From an uncultured Gemmatimonadales bacterium (lineage in GTDB: Bacteria; Gemmatimonadota; Gemmatimonadetes; Gemmatimonadales; GWC2-71-9): a stretch of 64,000 bases of DNA. The notes under the pieces were generated by a model. It did no database searches, had not been told where the DNA came from, and was given only the letters and a program-made list of their open reading frames with translations. The position numbers and the translations under genes are program-made. Where the stretch lies: positions 96,001 to 160,000 of the forward strand of contig CAVYSW010000003.1 in assembly GCA_963771275.1 (NCBI GenBank), read 5' to 3'. Of the stretch, positions 21,494 through 30,493 are shown piece by piece. Within the stretch, counting starts at the first letter, position 1; the number at the start of each line of letters is the position of its first letter.

Positions 21494-21577
21494 TGCTGGC
21501 GGTGGGATTCGAACCCACAAGAGCCGAAGCTCCACAGGGTGCGAGCCTGTTGCGTTTGCCAGTTTCGCCACGCCAGC
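21494..21577 (-). tRNA. Class II tRNA with a tRNA-Leu-type body and anticodon CGC (Ala codon GCG)
   Basis: Acceptor GCTGGCG/CGCCAGC-A73. D arm GCG-AAACTGGCAAA-CGC. Anticodon arm ACAGG-CT CGC AC-CCTGT. Variable arm GAGC-TTCG-GCTC. T arm GTGGG-TTCGAAT-CCCAC. No encoded CCA. Confidence 0.9.
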
Positions 21578-21855
21578 ACCTCCACAGCGGCGAGCCACTG
21601 ACAACCCGAAGGCGAGAGACGGAGTACTCGCACCCGTTCCGTGCCGCGCGTCAAGATTGTGCGCTTTGGCCATGATCAGGGTTACCGATTCCTCGCCGAG
21701 ATGACCCGGATCGCGCCGGCGGGCAGGGCCGCCCCGGACCTTCGGGGCTGCCTCCAACCGTCCCGGCCTCCTACCTTTCCCGGCGAGTCGCACCATCGCT
21801 GCACGCGCACCCACGGAGGCTCGGTGACCGCCCGGTCCTTCCGCACGCTCCCGCC

Positions 21856-24012
21856 ATGAGAATCGGCGCCTACGACCCCAGCGCCTGGGCCGGTCTGGTG
21901 TTCTCGGACCAGCCCGGCCGCGGGTTCGCGCTGCGCTGGGCTATCGAGCGGGACGGCGAGCGGGCGGACGGCGCGGATCTGCTGTTCCTGGTGCACGACG
22001 CGGGCCCGCACGACCCCGACGGCGGGTACGCGCGGGTCGAGTTCGACACGTCGCTCCCGTTCGGCAAGGGTGACGACACGCCGCTCGTCAGGAAGTCCCG
22101 CCGCACCGCCGGCCTCACCGTCGAGTGGTCGCGAACGGAGGAGGGCGCCCTCCTCCGCGCGACGGTGGCGTTCCGTGGCGTGCTCGAGCTGAGAGGCTAC
22201 TTCCCGTGGGACTGGGCCGGGCACTGGACCGCGGAGGCCACCGGCATGGCGGCCACCACCGCCGACGGCGGGCTCCGCTGCCGCGTGCGCACCGACCGCG
22301 CGGGCTCGGCCGCCGTGACGGAGCGCGGCGAGGCGGTGCTGCGGTTCGCCGTCTCCCCCGGCGACGCGGTGTACGTCACCGCCGCCGTGGGGGACGACGC
22401 GCCGCCGGCGTACGGGGCGGCGATCGCCGGCACGCTGCTCGACGGGGCGGAAGCCTACGCCGCGCGGCGCGTCGCGGCGGAGGGCGTCTGGGAGGGCCTC
22501 CCGGACTCCATCGCGAACAACATCCATTGGATGGTGTGCCTCCAGCCCGAAACGGGACGGCTGTACACGCCCGCGGGCCGGCGCTGGATCTTCCCTGCCT
22601 CCGCCCCCGGCGGCCGCGACCACTGGACCATCTTCGAGTGGGACTCGTTCTTCAACGCGCTCGAGCTGGGAGTCGAGAGCGAAGCGCTTGCCGTCTCCAC
22701 GCTCGAAGCCGTGCTCGCGACCCAATTCGACAACGGCAACATCCCAAACTGGCGCGGCCGGTTCTGGGGCCCGATGGACCGCTCGCAGCCGCCGGTGGGC
22801 GCGTTCTGCGTGCTGAAGCACTATCTCCGGTTCGGCGACCCGGCCGTGCTGGAACACGCGTTCCCCTACCTCGAGCGCTGGTCGGCCTGGTGGACGGCGC
22901 CCAAGGCCGGCAAGCCCCGGCGCGACGGCAACGCCAACGGCCTGTGCGAGTGGGGCTCGGACGTCGGCCTGGTCCGGCCGTCACCCGCCTCGTGGGAGAA
23001 CGGCACGACCGGGCATCAGCGCGCGGCCTGGGAGTCGGGCGAGGACGATCTCCCCAACTGGGACGACGGCGGCTGGAACGACGCGACGGAGACGATGGAG
23101 CTGGACGCGGTGGACTTGAACAGCTTCCTGGCGCTCGATCACGAATGTCTCGCCACCATCGCCCGGCGGCTCGGGCTCGCGGACCGGGCCGCGTTTCATC
23201 AGGAGCGCGCCACCGCCGTCCGCACCGCGATGAACGACGTCCTGTGGGACGACGGGCGCGGGCTCTATCTCGACCGCCACTGGGACGGCCGCCGCTCGGC
23301 CAGGCTCGCGGCGGCGAACTTCCTGCCGCTGATCGCCGGAGTCCCGAGCCCGGCCCAAGCCGAGCGGATGCTGGCAACCCTGCTCGACCCGGCGCGGCTC
23401 TGGGGGCCTTATGTCGTGCCCACCATCAGCCGGGACGACCCGGCGTTCAAGGACCAGCAGTACTGGCGCGGCACGATCTGGCCGCCCACCAACTACCTGC
23501 TCTATCAGGGGCTGCGCCGCTACGGCTTCGATCAGGCCGCGTCCGAGCTGGCTCAGCGCAGTGTGGATCTATTCCTCGGCACGTGGCGGACGTATCGCCT
23601 GTGCCGCGAGAACTACGACGCGCGCACCGGCGCGGGCGGCGGGCACCGCTACCAGAGCTGGGGACCGCTGTTCGCGCTGATCGGGATCGAGGAGTTTCTC
23701 GACGTGACGCCGTGGGACGGCCTCCGCATCGGCGCGCCCGCGGCACCGGGGCGCACCGTGCTGCGCCGGCTCCGCGCCCGGGGACACGCGTGGACCGTGA
23801 CGCTGGCCCCCGACGGGATGCGCGTCGAGATGGACGGCTCGCTGCTGTTCGAGAGCGACCGCCTGGTCGTGGCGCGTCAGGTCGAGGTGACGGCGGACGA
23901 GCTACGTGCCGAAGTGACGGCGAGCGTCGAGACGACGTTCCGAGCCGCCGGGGGGAGTCGCACGCTGAAGGCCGGCGAGCAGCACGTGGTCCTGCCGCGC
24001 CGGCCCGCGTGA
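21856..24012 (+). CDS. MGH1/GH63-like glycoside hydrolase (trehalase-like barrel)
   Basis: FEWDSFF, DRSQPPVG, ESGEDDLP, YWRGTIWPPTNY and ENY. Confidence 0.85.
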   Translation: MRIGAYDPSAWAGLVFSDQPGRGFALRWAIERDGERADGADLLFLVHDAGPHDPDGGYARVEFDTSLPFGKGDDTPLVRKSRRTAGLTVEWSRTEEGALLRATVAFRGVLELRGYFPWDWAGHWTAEATGMAATTADGGLRCRVRTDRAGSAAVTERGEAVLRFAVSPGDAVYVTAAVGDDAPPAYGAAIAGTLLDGAEAYAARRVAAEGVWEGLPDSIANNIHWMVCLQPETGRLYTPAGRRWIFPASAPGGRDHWTIFEWDSFFNALELGVESEALAVSTLEAVLATQFDNGNIPNWRGRFWGPMDRSQPPVGAFCVLKHYLRFGDPAVLEHAFPYLERWSAWWTAPKAGKPRRDGNANGLCEWGSDVGLVRPSPASWENGTTGHQRAAWESGEDDLPNWDDGGWNDATETMELDAVDLNSFLALDHECLATIARRLGLADRAAFHQERATAVRTAMNDVLWDDGRGLYLDRHWDGRRSARLAAANFLPLIAGVPSPAQAERMLATLLDPARLWGPYVVPTISRDDPAFKDQQYWRGTIWPPTNYLLYQGLRRYGFDQAASELAQRSVDLFLGTWRTYRLCRENYDARTGAGGGHRYQSWGPLFALIGIEEFLDVTPWDGLRIGAPAAPGRTVLRRLRARGHAWTVTLAPDGMRVEMDGSLLFESDRLVVARQVEVTADELRAEVTASVETTFRAAGGSRTLKAGEQHVVLPRRPA

Positions 24013-24018
24013 TTCTGC

Positions 24019-24405
24019 CTACCAGACGATCCTGATCCCGGAGTCCTCGAACGCCGGGTCGTTGGTCACGAGCGGCGCTCCCTCGAGCCGGCTTTGCGCC
24101 ACCAGCATCCGGTCGAACGGATCGCGATGATGGACGGGAAGCAGCCCCGCTTCGACTCCGTGCGCCACCGTCACGGGCAGCTCCACGAAGCCTCGTTCCA
24201 GCAGGATGGCCGGCAGCCGCGGCACGGCTCTGTCAGGATCGCTCAGCTTGCCCAGCCGCAGCTTGGTCGCCATCTCCCATCCGGACGCGCCGCTCACCAG
24301 CACGGTGCTTCCGGGATCCGCAATGATCTTCCGCGCCCGGCGTGACAAACGCCGGTCGTCCGCAAGCCACCAGAGCAGGGCGTGCGTGTCGAGCAGGACT
24401 TTCAC
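24019..24405 (-). CDS. vapC: Type II TA toxin, VapC/PIN domain
   Basis: LLDTHALLWW, SGWEMATK and HRDPFDRMLVAQ. Confidence 0.93.
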   Translation of the reverse strand: MKVLLDTHALLWWLADDRRLSRRARKIIADPGSTVLVSGASGWEMATKLRLGKLSDPDRAVPRLPAILLERGFVELPVTVAHGVEAGLLPVHHRDPFDRMLVAQSRLEGAPLVTNDPAFEDSGIRIVW

Positions 24406-24629
24406 CGCTCCCAGGCCTCCCGCTCTTCGTCGGGCAGCGGCTCGAAGAACTCCTTGCCGAGCGTGAAGTGGAGGCCACCGGGCGCGCGAGGTTGGCCGTG
24501 CTCAAGCGGTACCAGTTTCGCCACCGGCTTCCCGGCCCTGGCGAGCGTGATCTCGGCGCCGCGGCGTACCCGCTCCAGCAGTCTGGACAGATGGGTTTTG
24601 GCGTCGTGCACGTTGACGATCTCGGCCAC
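24402..24629 (-). CDS. Type II TA antitoxin, Phd/YefM family
   Basis: VNVHDAKTHLSRLLERV..G.EITLARAGKPVAKLVP. Overlaps the vapC start. Confidence 0.93.
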   Translation of the reverse strand: MAEIVNVHDAKTHLSRLLERVRRGAEITLARAGKPVAKLVPLEHGQPRAPGGLHFTLGKEFFEPLPDEEREAWER

Positions 24630-24656
24630 CGGTTACCTCGCGGCGAAGTGCACTGC

Positions 24657-24685
24657 AAGATGACTTAGTCCACTTACTTAGTCAA
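24657..24685 (-). promoter_or_regulatory. Promoter and operator of the Phd-VapC operon
   Basis: Minus strand TTGACT-17nt-CATCTT, carrying two GACTAAGT repeats. Confidence 0.65.
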
Positions 24686-24886
24686 CAACGACAGCGGGAC
24701 GGTCAGGCCGACGGGATCGCCCGGCCGGCCTCGCAAGCGAAACGTCGGATCACGCAGGCGCGGTGGGTAGCCGACACCACTCGGGTCGGAGCCGAACGAC
24801 GCGGGCAGGGAAAACCTGAACGCCAGCCCTACCGCCCCACCCCCGCCCAACCAACCTTTCCGGCATCCCGCGGCACTAAGGATCGC

Positions 24887-25447
24887 ATGCACCACGAGCC
24901 GGCCGGCGCGAGCGACCAGGATCTGGCGTCCAAGGTCCTGAACGAGGGGGACGAGCGCGCGTTCCGCACGCTGTACCGCCGTCACACGCCGTACCTCTAC
25001 CAGTTCGCGCTGCGTACCCTGGGCGGCGACGAGCAGGAGGCCGAGGACGTGGTCCAGGAAACGTGGATTCGCGGGGTCGAGCAGCTCGAGACGTTCCGCT
25101 GGGACGCGGGGCTCCGGACCTGGCTCGCGGCGATCGCACTCAACGTCTGCCGGGGCCGGTTCCGGCGGAAGGACGCCGCGTGGCTCGAGCTCACGGAGGA
25201 GATGATGGACGGACGAACGGCGCCGAGCCCGGATGCGAAGATCGACCTCGAGCAGGCGCTGGCGCTGCTGCCGGCGGGATATCGCACCGTCGTCCTGCTG
25301 CACGATCTCGAGGGGTACCGGCACGAGGACATCGCCCGCGCGCTCGGTACCACGGTGGGCACGTCGAAGAGTCAGCTGTTTCACGGGCGGCGGGCGCTGC
25401 GCCGGCTGCTCGGCAGTGAACGGCAGAGCGAGGCATCGGCATCATGA
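24887..25447 (+). CDS. ECF-type RNA polymerase sigma factor
   Basis: AEDVVQETW, LRTWL..IA.N and HDLEGYRHEDIA..LG..VGTSKSQL. Confidence 0.93.
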   Translation: MHHEPAGASDQDLASKVLNEGDERAFRTLYRRHTPYLYQFALRTLGGDEQEAEDVVQETWIRGVEQLETFRWDAGLRTWLAAIALNVCRGRFRRKDAAWLELTEEMMDGRTAPSPDAKIDLEQALALLPAGYRTVVLLHDLEGYRHEDIARALGTTVGTSKSQLFHGRRALRRLLGSERQSEASAS

Positions 25448-25980
25448 CAGACCACAACGATCTGACCCCGAAAGAGCAGGCGGAGCTGGCGGCGCTGCCG
25501 CGCGAGCGGGCGACCGGGCGCCTGCTGGAGGAGCGCACCGTCAAGGCGCTCCGCGCGCGCGGCCTGCTGCGCGAGCGGCACCGCCGCGCGAGCTGGCTGG
25601 TCGCCGGACTGGCGGCGTCGGTCGCATTGTTCGCCGGCGGGTTTGCCGCGGGCCAGTGGACCGCCACGCGCGAGGTGACGACGTCATTCGCGGCGGCGCA
25701 CGAGCAGACGGCGATGCACGCCGCCCAGGCGGTGCAGCAGACGGGCTCTGCCTACGTCGCGGCGCTGATGGCGCTCGGGCGCTTCACCGACAGCACCAAG
25801 AGCCCGGGCGTCGTGGAAGGCCGCGAGGCCGCCGCGGCGGCGCTCTACGCGGCCGCGTCCGAGCTCGCCCGGCTCGCGCCAGACAGCCCGATCGCACGCG
25901 CCATCGCGAGCGTCCTGGCCGACACCGATCCACAGCTGCGCGGCGAACCCGCCCGCGCCCGGAACGTCGTGTGGTTCTGA
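25444..25980 (+). CDS. Putative anti-sigma factor (single transmembrane segment)
   Basis: Translationally coupled to the ECF sigma gene, with a TM segment WLVAGLAASVALFAGGFAAG. Confidence 0.6.
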   Translation: MTDHNDLTPKEQAELAALPRERATGRLLEERTVKALRARGLLRERHRRASWLVAGLAASVALFAGGFAAGQWTATREVTTSFAAAHEQTAMHAAQAVQQTGSAYVAALMALGRFTDSTKSPGVVEGREAAAAALYAAASELARLAPDSPIARAIASVLADTDPQLRGEPARARNVVWF

Positions 25981-26004
25981 CGACGAATAGAGGAGAACGT
26001 CACC

Positions 26005-27129
26005 ATGCGTAGCAACAGAGTGCTCGTCGCCCTCGCCCTCCTCGGTGGCGCCACCGGGACCCTCGTGGCGCAGCGGCCTCCCGTCGCGGCCGAGCGCCCG
26101 ACGGCGCGGGAGTGCCCCGACGGGACCCGGGCCGTGGGTGACCTCGGCTACACGGGGCTGTCGTGCAACTGCACGCTCTATCTCAACGAGCGCGCCCCCG
26201 ACCGCTCGCGCTGGCAGTTCAACTCGGAGCCCACGATCGAGGCGATTCGGCGCGGCGGCCCCGCCGACGGCAAGCTCGAGCCGGGCGACGTGGTGGTGGC
26301 GATCGACGGCCGACTGATCACCACCCGCGAGGCGGGGCGCCGGTTCGCGCAGCTGACCGCCGGTGAGCCGGTGACGCTCACCGTCCGTCGCGCCGGCCGC
26401 GAGCTCACCGTCGAGATCGTGCCCGACGTCACCTGCCCGAGCGTGGACGTCACCGCCACCGGCGTGGAGGTGGCTCCCACGCCCGCGCCCCCACCCGCCG
26501 CGCGCCCGCCTCGCGCGGCGCCGCCATCCCGCGCTCCGCGCGTGGTGACCCTGCCCCCCAGCCCGCCGGAGGCCCCCACGCCGGCCATCGCCCCGCTGCC
26601 GCCCGTCGCCGATCTCATGCCGGAGGGGTGGTTCGGCTTCAGCATCCGGTGCTCCGAGTGCGGCATCTCGCAGAGCGATCGCGACAGCACGCCGGTCTGG
26701 GATTTCTCGAGTCCGCCCACCGTCGAGAGCGTGGAGCCCGGGAGTCCCGCCGATCGCGCTGGGATCCGGGAAGGCGACCGCATCACGCACATCGATGGAC
26801 GAGCGATCACCACCGCGGAGGCCGGCGCGCGGTTTGGCGGCGTCCAGCCGGGTCAGTCGGTGACGTTCGGGATCCGGCGAGACGGCGTGACCAGGGACGT
26901 TTCCGTTACGGCAGGCAAGCGCGTCGAGCAGCCGGCGCGCGCGCGCACGCCCCGCCCGGCACGCCCTCCCCGCGCGCAGCCCGGTCCCGAAGCGCGACGC
27001 TTCTCCGGCGTGATCGGTGACGCGCTGGTCGAGGTGACGGGTGGCCCGATCACGGTGCAGCGCACCGAGGACGAGATCGTGATCCGGAGCGCCGACATCA
27101 CGGTCCGGATCAAGCGAACGGACCGGTAA
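26005..27129 (+). CDS. Secreted protein with two PDZ domains
   Basis: Signal peptide. GGPADGKLEPGDVVVAIDG and PGSPADRAGIREGDRITHIDG separated by a Pro-rich linker. Confidence 0.8.
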   Translation: MRSNRVLVALALLGGATGTLVAQRPPVAAERPTARECPDGTRAVGDLGYTGLSCNCTLYLNERAPDRSRWQFNSEPTIEAIRRGGPADGKLEPGDVVVAIDGRLITTREAGRRFAQLTAGEPVTLTVRRAGRELTVEIVPDVTCPSVDVTATGVEVAPTPAPPPAARPPRAAPPSRAPRVVTLPPSPPEAPTPAIAPLPPVADLMPEGWFGFSIRCSECGISQSDRDSTPVWDFSSPPTVESVEPGSPADRAGIREGDRITHIDGRAITTAEAGARFGGVQPGQSVTFGIRRDGVTRDVSVTAGKRVEQPARARTPRPARPPRAQPGPEARRFSGVIGDALVEVTGGPITVQRTEDEIVIRSADITVRIKRTDR

Positions 27130-27147
27130 CCTCCACCCGCAAAAGCT

Positions 27148-27175
27148 GAGAGCCGGCCCCTCGGGACCGGCTCTC
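27148..27175 (+). terminator. Hairpin between convergent genes
   Basis: GAGAGCCGG...CCGGCTCTC stem. Confidence 0.6.
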
Positions 27176-27178
27176 GGC

Positions 27179-27231
27179 GCTATCGGCTATCGGCCATCGG
27201 CCATCGGCCATCGGCTATCGGCTATCGGCTA
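27179..27231. repeat. 7-bp tandem array (GCTATCG/GCCATCG) x7, same family as 10440-10519
   Basis: Seven consecutive units. The M28 peptidase stop codon lies in the partial eighth unit. Confidence 0.9.
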
Positions 27232-28878
27232 ACGGCTCGTCCCCATCATCGCATCCCGCGCCGCCTTGAATTCGGTGCCGGGACGCCAGTTCGGGAACGT
27301 GCGCGACATCGCCAGGTTGTAGCCCACGTCGAACAGCAGTTGGAGATCCTCCACCATGCCGCTCAGGTCCCAGGTGGGATCGTACTCGTCCGACGGCTGG
27401 TGGTACTTCTGCTCGCGGTACTCCGCCTCCCGGTCGCGCGTCCACTGCTCGCCGTGCTCCACGTTGTCGACCCCCGAGCCCGGATCGAGCGCCGGAACGC
27501 CGGCCTTGGCGAACGGGAAGTGGTCGGACCGGTAGTAGTAGCCCTTCTCGGGCTCCGGGTCCGGTCGCACGACCCGCCCCTGTCGCTGGGCCGCGGCCGT
27601 CACGTAGTCGTCCAGCTCGGAATACCCCAGCCCGACGACCGTGATGTCCTTCATCCGGCCGAGCACGTCCATCGCGTCCATGTTGATGACGCCCGCGGTC
27701 TTGTTGAGCGGCACCACCGGGTGGGTCGCGTAGTAGGTCGAGCCGAGCAGCCCCTGCTCTTCCCCGGTCAGCGCCACGAACAGCACCGAGCGGTCCGGCG
27801 GGCTGCTCAGCGCCTTGAATGCCTTGGCGATCTCGAGCAGGCCGGCCACCCCGGTCGCGTTGTCCACGGCGCCGTTGAAGATCTGGTCGCCCTGGCGGTT
27901 GGGGTCGGTGCCGAAGTGATCCCAGTGCCCCGTGTAGAGCACGTACTCGTCGGCGTGCGCCCCGCCCGGCAGCTTCGCCACGAAGTTGCGCGAGGTGGAC
28001 CGGACGATCTCGTTCTTGAGCGTGAGCGACACGGTGACGCCGAGCGGCACGCCGCTGAAGCCCCGCACCACAGCCTTGGGTTTGAGCGAGTCGTACTCCT
28101 GGCCACCCATGCGGAACAGCGCGCGGGCGGTTTCGACGGTCACCCAGCCCTCGATCGCGCAGCGTGACATGTTGCCGTCTTCGGATGCGAGACTGAACTG
28201 CGGGCCGGACCAGCTGTTCCGCACTACGTCCCACGGGTACGCGGCGGGCTCGGTCTCGTGCACGATGAGCACGCCGTCCGCGCCCTGGCGCGCCGCTTCC
28301 TCGAACTTGTAGGTCCAGCGGCCGTAGTAGGTCATCGTGCGGCCGTGGAACAGCGTCGTGTCCTGCGTCGCGAAGCCCGGGTCGTTGACCAGCACGACGA
28401 CGGTCTTGCCCTTGACGTCGAGGCCCGCGTAGTCGTTCCACTGGTACTCGGGCGCCACGATCCCATAGCCTACGAACACCAGCTCGGAGTTCTTCAGCTC
28501 CACCGCGTCCACGACCCGTTTCGTGGAGGCCATGAAGTCGTCCGCGTAGCGGAACCGAGCGGTCGCGCCCTGGGCGCGGGCCGTGAGCTCGGCCGGTGTG
28601 GCGGTCGAGCGGACCATCGGCACGTCCTGGTACCAGCTCGAGCCGTTCCCCGGCTCAAGGCCGAGCGCGGCGAACCGGCTCTGCAGGTAGGCCATCGTGC
28701 GTTCTTCCCCGACCGACGACGGGGCGCGGCCCGCGAGCGAATCGGCCGCGAGCACGGCGACGTCCTGCTTGATGCCGTCCGCAGTGATGCTCTCGAGCGC
28801 AGCGCCCGGCACCGCCCCTTTCCCACACCCGAGCGCCAGCGCAGCCACCGCCAGCGCTCCCAAGTAACGACGGATCAT
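27229..28878 (-). CDS. M28 family metallopeptidase lipoprotein with PA domain
   Basis: LALGC lipobox, GHWDHFG, GAVDNATG, GEEQGLLGS, RSDH and YHQPSD. Confidence 0.92.
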   Translation of the reverse strand: MIRRYLGALAVAALALGCGKGAVPGAALESITADGIKQDVAVLAADSLAGRAPSSVGEERTMAYLQSRFAALGLEPGNGSSWYQDVPMVRSTATPAELTARAQGATARFRYADDFMASTKRVVDAVELKNSELVFVGYGIVAPEYQWNDYAGLDVKGKTVVVLVNDPGFATQDTTLFHGRTMTYYGRWTYKFEEAARQGADGVLIVHETEPAAYPWDVVRNSWSGPQFSLASEDGNMSRCAIEGWVTVETARALFRMGGQEYDSLKPKAVVRGFSGVPLGVTVSLTLKNEIVRSTSRNFVAKLPGGAHADEYVLYTGHWDHFGTDPNRQGDQIFNGAVDNATGVAGLLEIAKAFKALSSPPDRSVLFVALTGEEQGLLGSTYYATHPVVPLNKTAGVINMDAMDVLGRMKDITVVGLGYSELDDYVTAAAQRQGRVVRPDPEPEKGYYYRSDHFPFAKAGVPALDPGSGVDNVEHGEQWTRDREAEYREQKYHQPSDEYDPTWDLSGMVEDLQLLFDVGYNLAMSRTFPNWRPGTEFKAARDAMMGTSR

Positions 28879-29555
28879 TCTACGCCTCCCTGAGTGCACT
28901 CCGCATGCCCGAGCCGCGCGGCCCGGATCGAACGGGAGGAAAGATAGAGGTTTGGCGCGCGAGGCGCGCGCCGACGCCGCCCCAGCCGCATCACCAGCAG
29001 CGCCACCAGCACCAGCCCGAAGATCGCAGGCTCACGCACGTCCTTCTTCACGAGCCACAGGAAGTGCAGCACGCCGCCCGCCGCCGCGACGTACACCAGC
29101 TGGTGCAGCTTGACCCAGCGCTTCCCCAGCCGGCGAATCCACCCGTTGGTCGACGTGACCGCCAGCGGGATCAACAGGGCGAAGCTGGTGAACCCCACCG
29201 TGATCCAGCGCCGCTTGGCCACGTCCTCAAGGATGAAGCGCCAGGCAAAGAACTGGTCAATCACGAGGTAGTTCAGGAAATGCAGGCTGGCATACGTGAA
29301 CGCGAACAGCCCGAGCATCCGCCGGTAGCGGCCGATCCCGTTCCAGCCGGTGAACCGCCGCACCGGGGTGACGGCGAGCGTGATCAGCAGCAACGTGAGG
29401 GTCCACCAGCCGGTCCGCAGCTGGATGGCCCGGATCGGATCCGCGCCGAGGTGGCCGCGCAGCGCGTCGATCCCGATCAGGGCGGCCGGCACGAGGCACA
29501 GCAGGAAGACGACCGGCTTGGGCGGCCGGCTGAGGAGCGTCCCGAGGCTGCCCAT
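28875..29555 (-). CDS. msrQ: Protein-methionine-sulfoxide reductase heme-binding subunit
   Basis: TLAVTP, RRMLGLFAF.Y..LH, PLAVTS and W.KLHQLVY. Confidence 0.92.
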   Translation of the reverse strand: MGSLGTLLSRPPKPVVFLLCLVPAALIGIDALRGHLGADPIRAIQLRTGWWTLTLLLITLAVTPVRRFTGWNGIGRYRRMLGLFAFTYASLHFLNYLVIDQFFAWRFILEDVAKRRWITVGFTSFALLIPLAVTSTNGWIRRLGKRWVKLHQLVYVAAAGGVLHFLWLVKKDVREPAIFGLVLVALLVMRLGRRRRAPRAPNLYLSSRSIRAARLGHAECTQGGVE

Positions 29556-30493
29556 CAGAAATTCCGCCGGAGGTCCATTCCCGCGTAGAGCTGCGCCACC
29601 TGGTCGCCGTAGCCGTTGAACATCAGGGTGGGGCGCTTGCGGAACTCGCCGATCCGCCGCTCGCGCGCCTGGCTCCATCGCGGGTGGTCCACCTCGGGAT
29701 TGACGTTGGCATAGAAACCGTACTCGTTGGAGGCGGAGGCCTGCCACGTGTTGACGGGCTGCTCGCGCACCAGCCGGATCTTGACGATCGACTTGATACC
29801 TTTGAAGCCGTACTTCCACGGCACGACGAGCCGGATCGGCGCGCCGTTCTGCGGCAGCAGCATCTTGCCGTACAGCCCCACCGAGAGAATCGTGAGCGGG
29901 TGCATCGCCTCGTCGAGCCGCAGCCCCTCGACGTACGGCCAGTCCAGGACGTTGCGCCGCTGGCCGGGCATCTGCTGCGGGTCGTACAGCGTGGTGAACT
30001 CCACGAACCGCGCCGTCGAGCGGGGCTCCACCCGCTTGAGCAGATCGCCCAGCGGGAAGCCAAGCCACGGGATCACCATCGACCACGCCTCGACGCAGCG
30101 CATCCGGTAGACGCGCTCCTGGGGCGGGAACAGCCGGATCAGCTCGTCGACGTCGTAGTGGCCGGGCTTCGCCACCTCGCCCTCGATCGCCACGGTCCAC
30201 GGGCGAATCCGCAGCGCGCCGGCGTGGTGGGCGGGATCGGCCTTGTCGGTACCGAACTCGTAGTAGTTGTTGTAGGTCGTGACGTCGTCGTACGGGGTGA
30301 GCGGGTCGTTCGGCCCCGCCCCCGGCGTACCCTGGCCCTCCGCCCGGCGGGCGCAGGCCGCGAGCACAGACGGCACGGCGAGCCCGGCCACCGCGATGCC
30401 GGCCGCGCTGCGGATGAACTCCCGGCGGCTGCGATACAGCCGCTGGTCAGTGATGTCGCGACTCGGGACGTCGGGTGGGCGGCGAATCAGCAT
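29555..30493 (-). CDS. msrP: Protein-methionine-sulfoxide reductase catalytic subunit
   Basis: Tat motif [41 protein letters not shown] and HPRWSQA. Confidence 0.96.
   Translation of the reverse strand: MLIRRPPDVPSRDITDQRLYRSRREFIRSAAGIAVAGLAVPSVLAACARRAEGQGTPGAGPNDPLTPYDDVTTYNNYYEFGTDKADPAHHAGALRIRPWTVAIEGEVAKPGHYDVDELIRLFPPQERVYRMRCVEAWSMVIPWLGFPLGDLLKRVEPRSTARFVEFTTLYDPQQMPGQRRNVLDWPYVEGLRLDEAMHPLTILSVGLYGKMLLPQNGAPIRLVVPWKYGFKGIKSIVKIRLVREQPVNTWQASASNEYGFYANVNPEVDHPRWSQARERRIGEFRKRPTLMFNGYGDQVAQLYAGMDLRRNF

Noticed and set aside
21494..21577. Ordinary tRNA-Ala(CGC) or ordinary tRNA-Leu
   Set aside because: It lacks G3:U70 and has a long variable arm, so it is not Ala-type. The anticodon CGC is centred in a clean 7-nt loop in both copies, so it is not a Leu anticodon.
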